DNA of 64,000 nucleotides from Candidatus Latescibacterota bacterium (GTDB lineage Bacteria; Latescibacterota; UBA2968; UBA8231): NCBI GenBank assembly GCA_965243025.1, contig CBDETY010000003.1, positions 5,952,001 to 6,016,000 of the forward strand, read 5' to 3'. Shown piece by piece: positions 57,177 to 64,000 of this stretch (position 1 is its first letter; each line of letters starts with the position of its first letter). The notes under the pieces were generated by a model. It saw only the letters and a program-made list of their open reading frames with translations, ran no database searches and was not told where the DNA came from. The position numbers and the translations under genes were made by a program.

Positions 57177-58004
57177 TCAATCACTGCGGGCGGGCCCTGA
57201 AGCGGCTGGCTGCAGAATGAAGAGGGGACTTTCGCCGCGGATCCAGTACGGGTCGCTCCCGGGCGTGAAAGGCCTGGTCAGGTCCGCTTCCCGGGTCGGG
57301 TAGATCAGCAATCTGTCGTCCTTCCACTCGAAGGCGCAGGTCTGCGGGGGCCGATCACTGGCCGGATCTCCTGCAACATGGAAAACGTCGTACCTGCCGG
57401 CCGCCCCGTGTTTATCGAGCTCTACAGTGTAGGTGAACGGTGTCGAATCCGGCCATACCGCGGCGCCGGTCTCCTCGAAGGTGAAGGAGCGTCCTCTCCG
57501 GTCGGTGTAGGTCCCGGCAATCACGGTCCGGTTGACGAACGCGGCGATGTCCGGCTCGACCCGTCTGAAGGTGATGCGCCGCTTTCCTGGGGCCGGGCGG
57601 TACAGTTCGTCGAACATCCAGGTCATCTCCTCCAGAGGTGTTGTGCGCGGTATCAGGAAACGGTCTTCACCGGTTGCGCGGCCGTGCGTCTGCCGGTCGT
57701 GGAACAGCACTCGATAGATGCCGGACTCCGGTTCGGGCTGCAACCCCGTGATTCTGAGGACCACCCCCTCGTGGTACGAAATTGCCTGCTTCCACTCGAA
57801 GTACCCGTCCCCGCGCGAAAAGTAGAGAGCAGTCCAACGGGTGTTCCCGTCGAAAGGCATCTTCACCGGAGACCGGGTCGCTTCCAGGTGGTCGATGTAT
57901 TCGCTGTTGAGCCATTCACCGACGAGCAGGTCGAGGGTCACCTCTTCCGGGACGGCCGGTGCCGCCGCGAGCAGCGCGAGCGCAAGACAGCTCGGGATTG
58001 TCAT
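57177..58004 (-). CDS. Hypothetical secreted protein
   Basis: 275 aa with signal-like N-terminus; no recognisable motif. Confidence 0.6.
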   Translation of the reverse strand: MTIPSCLALALLAAAPAVPEEVTLDLLVGEWLNSEYIDHLEATRSPVKMPFDGNTRWTALYFSRGDGYFEWKQAISYHEGVVLRITGLQPEPESGIYRVLFHDRQTHGRATGEDRFLIPRTTPLEEMTWMFDELYRPAPGKRRITFRRVEPDIAAFVNRTVIAGTYTDRRGRSFTFEETGAAVWPDSTPFTYTVELDKHGAAGRYDVFHVAGDPASDRPPQTCAFEWKDDRLLIYPTREADLTRPFTPGSDPYWIRGESPLFILQPAASGPARSD

Positions 58005-58310
58005 GCGACGCCCGGCTTACCCTTGCCTTCCGCTACCGTGGTGTCATCCACCGTCACCCCTGACGGGAAGTTCGGCCGCCTGGTGGGTGACGGGAAGACC
58101 TGGGGTCGGCTGGGAGGAAAACCAGGAGTGGGGCCGTTCGGGTGAGCGGGTTGGGCGAAGCAGTTTGACTGCCCCGGCGTCGTCGTCAGGCTTCCTTCCT
58201 CCGGCGCCGACGAACCGGGTGTCATCTACCCGAATTGAAACGATTAAAGCTTGCGCCTTGTTGAGCCGTCCCTGGTTGAGGCTCGCGTGGCGGTCCCGCG
58301 AAAGGGAGAG

Positions 58311-59063
58311 TCAGCCCTGCCCCTGCTGGGCCCCTTCCCGCCGCTTTCCCGCCATGATCAGGGCGTTGGAAAACGCGTGTCCGTACACCTCCACGCGTTC
58401 CTTGCACACCTCTGCCCGGCGCGCCAGGTACCGGTAGGCAACGATCGTGGGGATTGCGATGATCAACCCCGCCGCGGTCGTGCCGAGGGCCTGCGATATG
58501 CCGCCGGCCACCACCTTCGGATCGCCGGTCCCGGCCACCGCGATGGACTCGAAGGCGATAATCATTCCCAGGATCGTTCCCAGCAATCCCAGCAGAGGAC
58601 TGATGGTCCCGATCGTCTGCAGAACGGCCAGATGCTTTCCCAGGTATCCCCTCAAGGCCTCTTCCGTCTGGATCACCAGCTCGTCCTTCAGGTCCTTCAA
58701 GGCGTTCTCCATGACCAGGAAGCGGCCTATCTGGGCTCCCCCCGCCGCCTCGGAAAGGCGTATGATCTCCTCGTGCGTCCCCTGGAATTCCCGCTGTTCG
58801 ATCATCAGGACGTCGTAGCGCTGCAGGAGGGCGGCGAACATGTAGTTGAGAACACCCTTCCCCTGGTTGCACTCCTCGACCACCGCCTCTTCACCCCTGT
58901 CGATAAGGGCGGTTTCCACCCGCTCCAGCTCTTCCTGGGCTTCGTCGCGGTCCGGAAGGCGGCGGAACACCACGACACGCTCGATGATGAGGGCGAGGGA
59001 CAGGACGGCGCACCCGATCAGGGGAACCATCAACGGCCCACCGCTCTTGATGATCTCCAACAT
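58311..59063 (-). CDS. MotA/TolQ/ExbB proton channel protein
   Basis: GG.LM.PL, IIER, SPLLGLLGTILGMI, GISQAL.TTAAGL.IAIP; AGGAG RBS. Confidence 0.92.
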   Translation of the reverse strand: MLEIIKSGGPLMVPLIGCAVLSLALIIERVVVFRRLPDRDEAQEELERVETALIDRGEEAVVEECNQGKGVLNYMFAALLQRYDVLMIEQREFQGTHEEIIRLSEAAGGAQIGRFLVMENALKDLKDELVIQTEEALRGYLGKHLAVLQTIGTISPLLGLLGTILGMIIAFESIAVAGTGDPKVVAGGISQALGTTAAGLIIAIPTIVAYRYLARRAEVCKERVEVYGHAFSNALIMAGKRREGAQQGQG

Positions 59064-59593
59064 TGCATTGCTCCTTTCGCAGGATTGCAGCCCGTTGGAA
59101 GTCAATCCGGGCTGCGGCCGGCCCTGTCGGTCGGGAAACCTTCGGGTTCGCGGCGGGAACGGCTCGTGCTCGAAAGAGCGTTCCGATTACGACGACTGCG
59201 CTCCCTCCCCGACTCGATCACAACCCAAGGGCGATCCCGAAGATTCCAACTGCCTGCGCGACCTTTGCGGCAGCTGCCGCCCCGGGGAAACGCAGCCAAT
59301 GTAAGGCAGTGAAGTGGGATTCCAAAGCTCCCTTTCGAGCACCCGGAGCGGCAATTTCTTTCTGCGCGCGGAGCCCGAAATGCCTTGAACCGGCTCACCC
59401 TGCACGGCCTCGCCATGCCCCCGCAAGCAACCCGGGCGGGGGTTGCAGTCCCCTTCGGTTCATGGCTGCCGTTCCTTGCGCCCGTTGCCCGGATGAAGCC
59501 AGCGGTGTCCCAGGGGCACGCGACGGTCGCGGTCATCCGCAGGGTGCTGCAGCGACCCCGGGCCCCTGGATCGGCAACGGGAAACCGGCAGCC

Positions 59594-60292
59594 CTACTTC
59601 CGCCACCTCTCTTCGGGGACGAACGAGCGGTCCTGCGGGTGGTACCCGATCACCCGGCGGCCGTGGTCGAGGTCGTAGAGAGGCCAGTTGCTGTCCGATA
59701 CCCCGAAGACGACCTCGAAGCCGACCCCGGGGTGAACCAGCGCCCGCTCGAACACGCGCACGCAGTCGCCGTGGCTGAGATGGAGAGGGGACAGCGGCTG
59801 GTCGCGCTCGAGGGTGAAGCTGCCGATGCGGACGCAGACGCAGCCCATGCCGTGCTCGCGGGAGTAGGAGTAGGCGATCGATTCGCCGAAGACCTTGCTG
59901 ATGGTGTAGAAACCGACCGGGGTGGGTACGAGGTCGACGGAAAGGGTGACCCCCCGCGGAAACTCGCCGTACACGCCGATGCGGCTCGCGAAGGCGACCC
60001 GCCCGACGCCGTTGCGGCGGCAGGCTTCGAACACGTTGTAGGTGCCGAGTATGTTGCTCCGGTGGATGGGCTCCCACCCGTCGTCCCCGGGCAGGCCGCC
60101 GATGTGGGCGACGGCATCGATGCCGCGGGTCGCCTCGAGGAGGGCGTCGAAGTCGCTCAGGTCGCTGACCACGGCGTCGTCGAGTTCGGGCATGGGCCGG
60201 CGGTCGTGGCCGCGCACCTGGTGCCGCTCCCGCAGGCCGCGGGCAACGGTGCTGCCGACCTGGCCGGCGGCGCCGGTTACGAGTATGCGCAT
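59594..60292 (-). CDS. NAD-dependent epimerase/dehydratase (uronate dehydrogenase-like SDR)
   Basis: ILVTGAAGQVG, NILGTYNV, YTISK, RIG. Confidence 0.88.
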   Translation of the reverse strand: MRILVTGAAGQVGSTVARGLRERHQVRGHDRRPMPELDDAVVSDLSDFDALLEATRGIDAVAHIGGLPGDDGWEPIHRSNILGTYNVFEACRRNGVGRVAFASRIGVYGEFPRGVTLSVDLVPTPVGFYTISKVFGESIAYSYSREHGMGCVCVRIGSFTLERDQPLSPLHLSHGDCVRVFERALVHPGVGFEVVFGVSDSNWPLYDLDHGRRVIGYHPQDRSFVPEERWRK

Positions 60293-60350
60293 TGACGCGG
60301 ACTCCTTGTGATCGTCTTGCATCCAGCGGATCCCGGACGGACCGGGGCGC

Positions 60351-62129
60351 TCACCCGTTCGGTTTCAGCCGCAGCCGGCGGGGCACCGCGCTCCAGCCTT
60401 CGTTGAAAGGACCGACCGGGACTTCATCCCCGGGACGGGGACGGCCGTAGTAGTCGCAGCTCAGCAGCTCGTCGCGGGGCACCGCCGGGGCCGCATCGGC
60501 CGACGACCAGGCGAGAAGCTGCTCCCCGGAATCGATCGCCAGGTCGAGCCGGGCGTTCCGGCTGCGGGCGTCGAGACCGGACTCCTGCCAGTCCTCGAGG
60601 CTGAACCCCTCGCCCATTCCCGAGAGAATGTTGTTGTCGGAGACGTTCTCCATGACCTCGTAGTCGAACGCCGCCGAGCACTGCGCGAGGACGTTGTTTA
60701 TCACGCGGTTCTCCTTGCAGACGCCGACCCGGTCCCTTGTCGGAGTCTTGCGCATGTGGACGCCGGCATGGCCGCAGTTGCGCACCAGGTTGTGGGCGAT
60801 CAGGAGCTTGTCGCAGTCCCGCTGGTAGATGCCGCTTCCCACCTTCACGTTGTAGATGACGTTGTGGTCGATCAGGTTGGGGACGTTCGACGCCTCGAAG
60901 AAGATCGCCCCGTTGAAGGTCGCGATGTCGTGCAGCAGGTTGCGGCACACCCGGGAGTTGCGGTTGCCGAAATCGATCCAGATCCCCGGGGCGGCGTAGC
61001 AGTGGTGGATGTGATTGCACTGCACCACCGTGTCGAGGAGGAGCAGGATCTTGATGCCGGCGGTCTCCTGGTAGGACTGCACCTCGTGCCATCCGCAGTC
61101 GTGGATGTGATTGCCGGCGAGCAGGCTGCGCGGCACCACGGTCCCCTGGATGCCGCCGGTGCCGCAGTCGTGGACATGGTTGCGCATGACCAGATGACCG
61201 CCCGTTCTCTCCTCCAGCTCCTGGCGGTTCTGGTTCTCCGTCCTCTCGTCGGTGAAACCGCCGATCTCGATTCCCACCGAATTTATGTGACGGACGGTGT
61301 TGTCCTCGATGATCCAGTGGTGGCCGCCCCAGGTCGCCAGCGCCCCGTTTCCCGAGCGGATGAAGCCGTTGCCGGCGTGCTCGAAGGTCAGCCCCCTGAC
61401 GGCGATGTACCCCAGCCCCGTCGTCTGCGGGCAGAACAGGAACTGCTGAACGGTTGCCTCGATTTCGCAGGTGCGGGGATCGCGGCCGTCGAAGGGATTG
61501 ACGTACAGCTTGCGGTTCTCCGAGTCGATCCAGAAGGCCCCGGTGATCCGGGCCAGGTCGGCAATCGAGCTCAGCTGGGTCAGCCGCCGGCCGTCCTGGA
61601 AAATCAGGGCGCGGGGCAGATTGTGCGGGGCCTTTCCCTTCGACCCCCGCGCCCAGCGCATGAGCTCGAAGTCCTCGTCGGTGGTGTTGATCACGGCGAA
61701 GGGGTGATCCCCTTCGAAGAAGGACCCGGGCAGCTCCGTCCTCCACACGTGGACGGAATTCGGCTCCTCCATGTTGGTCCATGTGCCGGTCAGCGCACGG
61801 GATCCGCGGATACTGGCCTCGGCCCCGGGGGCCGCCTCGAAAGCGATCATGCCGTCGGCCCCGGTGCCGCCGCGAAGCGGGTGGACCCGCTCGCGGTAGA
61901 CGCCCGACTTGATCAGCACCTTCTCCGCCGGCCCCACGGCTTCGGCGCCGCGCTGGATCGTCAGGAAGGGGGCCTCTTCGGTGCCCGGGTTGTCGTCGGA
62001 CGCCCCGGGGTGCAGCTGGTCGACGTAGTACGCCTTGCGGTATTCAGTTTCGTCCTCCCAGATGGCAAAGCGGGTCCCGTCGGGAAGAAGGGCGGCTTCG
62101 TTTGCGCTCGAGTTCGCGGTCATTTCCAT
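60351..62129 (-). CDS. Right-handed parallel beta-helix protein
   Basis: SDDNPGT..PF.TI, GVYRE, repeated NHIHD.. and GIWID. Confidence 0.82.
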   Translation of the reverse strand: MEMTANSSANEAALLPDGTRFAIWEDETEYRKAYYVDQLHPGASDDNPGTEEAPFLTIQRGAEAVGPAEKVLIKSGVYRERVHPLRGGTGADGMIAFEAAPGAEASIRGSRALTGTWTNMEEPNSVHVWRTELPGSFFEGDHPFAVINTTDEDFELMRWARGSKGKAPHNLPRALIFQDGRRLTQLSSIADLARITGAFWIDSENRKLYVNPFDGRDPRTCEIEATVQQFLFCPQTTGLGYIAVRGLTFEHAGNGFIRSGNGALATWGGHHWIIEDNTVRHINSVGIEIGGFTDERTENQNRQELEERTGGHLVMRNHVHDCGTGGIQGTVVPRSLLAGNHIHDCGWHEVQSYQETAGIKILLLLDTVVQCNHIHHCYAAPGIWIDFGNRNSRVCRNLLHDIATFNGAIFFEASNVPNLIDHNVIYNVKVGSGIYQRDCDKLLIAHNLVRNCGHAGVHMRKTPTRDRVGVCKENRVINNVLAQCSAAFDYEVMENVSDNNILSGMGEGFSLEDWQESGLDARSRNARLDLAIDSGEQLLAWSSADAAPAVPRDELLSCDYYGRPRPGDEVPVGPFNEGWSAVPRRLRLKPNG

Positions 62130-62326
62130 AGGTTGTTCTGTCCTTTTCGATCTTCCGGGAAATTCAGTTGCCGCGGCCTGGGTGGAGGATCCGTTCCCGG
62201 AAGAAGGGGGGAGTGATCGGCAGGGGGCAAAGGGGAGGGTGGACTACCGGTCCGGGGCGGTACGGGGCTCGTTCCCTTGCCTGGGGAAGCATGGCCCGGG
62301 CGCCGGCGAAGCGTGCGGATCGAGCC

Positions 62327-63151
62327 TCAGTCTGAGAAGGTCCAAACAGTGAGGGCGGTCTTGCAGAAAAGCCACTCCCTGTCCTCTTCGGTGAGGAAGT
62401 CCATGTGGGTCCGGAACAGCTCCAGCGCGGGGCGGTACCCCGGGGTTTTCAGCACGTGCGGGAAGTCGGTCCCCCACATCAGGCGCCCGGGACCGTAGGC
62501 GTCGTAGATCCGCCGAAAAGTAGGGAAGGTGTCCCGGTGGGGATAGGACAGCTTCGACCTGAGCCCCTGGGGGGTGAACTTGACGTACACGTTGGGGTAC
62601 CGGGCGAGGTCCAGGACGATTCCGAGCTGCGGGTAGGGCGGGTCCTCGTCGGTGGGAGCCCGGCCCATGTGGTCGAGAACGACCTTGACTCCGGGGAAGC
62701 GGGCGATGATCGGTTCGACCGCCGGCAGCAGCGGCGCCGGGCCGTAGACGTTGAAGCAGGCCCCCAGCTCCTCGGCCCGCCGCCATATCCGGTCCTGGCC
62801 GGGGGCGGCCCATTCGGCGGGATCGTCGGGCCGCGACAGGTGAATGCGCAGGCCGCCGAAGCGGTCCTCTTCGACGAGGCGCTGGAGCTGATCCGGCGCG
62901 TCAGGGGCATGGCGGTCCACCAGTCCGATGGCGGCGAATCTCCCCGGGAAGCGCCGCAGGCACTCGGCCACGTAGCGGTTGTCGTAGAGGTAGTATATCG
63001 GCTGGACGATGACGGCCCTGTCCACCCCCGCCTCCTCCATGGCCGCATTCAGCAGCTCCACGGGTGCTCCTTCCTTCTCTTCCACCCCTCGAGCAAAGGG
63101 GAAGCTTCCGAAGTCGCCGCTCCAGACGTGAAGGTGGGCGTCGATGATCAT
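62327..63151 (-). CDS. Amidohydrolase_2 family protein
   Basis: IDAHLHVW, VLDHMG, LMWGTDFP. Confidence 0.9.
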   Translation of the reverse strand: MIIDAHLHVWSGDFGSFPFARGVEEKEGAPVELLNAAMEEAGVDRAVIVQPIYYLYDNRYVAECLRRFPGRFAAIGLVDRHAPDAPDQLQRLVEEDRFGGLRIHLSRPDDPAEWAAPGQDRIWRRAEELGACFNVYGPAPLLPAVEPIIARFPGVKVVLDHMGRAPTDEDPPYPQLGIVLDLARYPNVYVKFTPQGLRSKLSYPHRDTFPTFRRIYDAYGPGRLMWGTDFPHVLKTPGYRPALELFRTHMDFLTEEDREWLFCKTALTVWTFSD

Positions 63152-63194
63152 GGGTCCTCCGTTCGATGGGCGCGTCGCGGCTGCGGCATCCGGG

Positions 63195-63950
63195 TCAACT
63201 TTCGAAGCGGCTGCGGAACTGCATCATGTTGTCCTCAGGTTCGTACCCGAGGATCTCGACGGCCGGACCGATGTCGAGGGGGCCGCGGTGAGAGCCCCGG
63301 GAGTTGCCGGAGGTTCCGTAGGTGACGATGAACTTCTCCGGTCCGCCGTAGTCCACGGCGCGGCGGAAGAGCTGGACGCAGTCGCGCGGCGACAGCAGGT
63401 AGGCGCAGGCGCGCAGGCTGTCCGGCTCGGTCTGCCCCGAAAAGGTGCCGATGCGGATGGCGATGAAGCTCATGCCGCCGGCGTTCGCCATCATGCGGCC
63501 GCCTATCTCGGCCATCCCCTTCATGGCTCCGTACCAGCTTTCAGGATTGAACTGATCCGGTGTCTGGGGCGCCGACAGGCCCCCTTCCTTCCTGTTGCCG
63601 CTGGTGACCTTGTTCGTGCTGGCGTACACGATCCTGCCGATGCCGGACTTGCGGGCCGTCTCCCACAGCGCCAGCGACACCCCGATATCGGTCGGCGCGC
63701 CGTTGTCGGGTCCGTCTTTGTCCCTGAGGAAGGCGAGGTGAACGAGCACGTCCTGGCCGCGGCAGATCCCGCGCATGAATCCGGGGTCGCGGATGTCCCC
63801 GGTCTCGGTCCTCGACCGCGCTCCCGCGACCGGCCGCTGATCGGCCAGGGTGAGATCGTAGCGGTCCTCTTCCTCCCACGCCCGCCACAGGGTGCTGCCG
63901 ACATTGCCGGCGGCGCCGGTCATGAGGACGCGAGGTCTCGGATCAGCCAT
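63195..63950 (-). CDS. NAD-dependent epimerase/dehydratase family protein
   Basis: TGAAGNVG, YAST, YGAMK, RIG, LSPRD. Confidence 0.88.
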   Translation of the reverse strand: MADPRPRVLMTGAAGNVGSTLWRAWEEEDRYDLTLADQRPVAGARSRTETGDIRDPGFMRGICRGQDVLVHLAFLRDKDGPDNGAPTDIGVSLALWETARKSGIGRIVYASTNKVTSGNRKEGGLSAPQTPDQFNPESWYGAMKGMAEIGGRMMANAGGMSFIAIRIGTFSGQTEPDSLRACAYLLSPRDCVQLFRRAVDYGGPEKFIVTYGTSGNSRGSHRGPLDIGPAVEILGYEPEDNMMQFRSRFES

Positions 63951-64000
63951 CGACGGGAATCAGGGGGGTGCGAATTCGGTGTTTCTCGCGGAGAGGATGC

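Noticed and set aside
58001-58225. 74-aa ORF as ExbD
   Set aside because: No TM helix or DV/DI motif; low-complexity and unsupported

Overview
GC-rich bacterial window with many secreted or periplasmic and catabolic genes: an RND efflux trio, two TonB-dependent receptors, amidohydrolases, PhyH dioxygenases, enolase-family enzymes, an ECF sigma/anti-sigma/caspase module and tRNA-Arg(TCG). The standout is a minus-strand array at about 20.5-31.6 kb. It repeats one cassette about four times in different states of decay: sigma54 promoter with palindromic enhancers -> FMN-binding CxxC protein and two thioredoxin-like proteins -> A24 prepilin-type peptidase -> small precursor -> secreted protein ending in TWxRIKASL. 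The precursor has a conserved pilin-like leader and a variable 8-Cys core with CS-alpha-beta (defensin/scorpion-toxin-like) spacing. I infer a candidate prepilin-peptidase-matured, disulfide-rich peptide export system. All calls come from reading motifs by eye; no database searches were run, so novelty is unverified.
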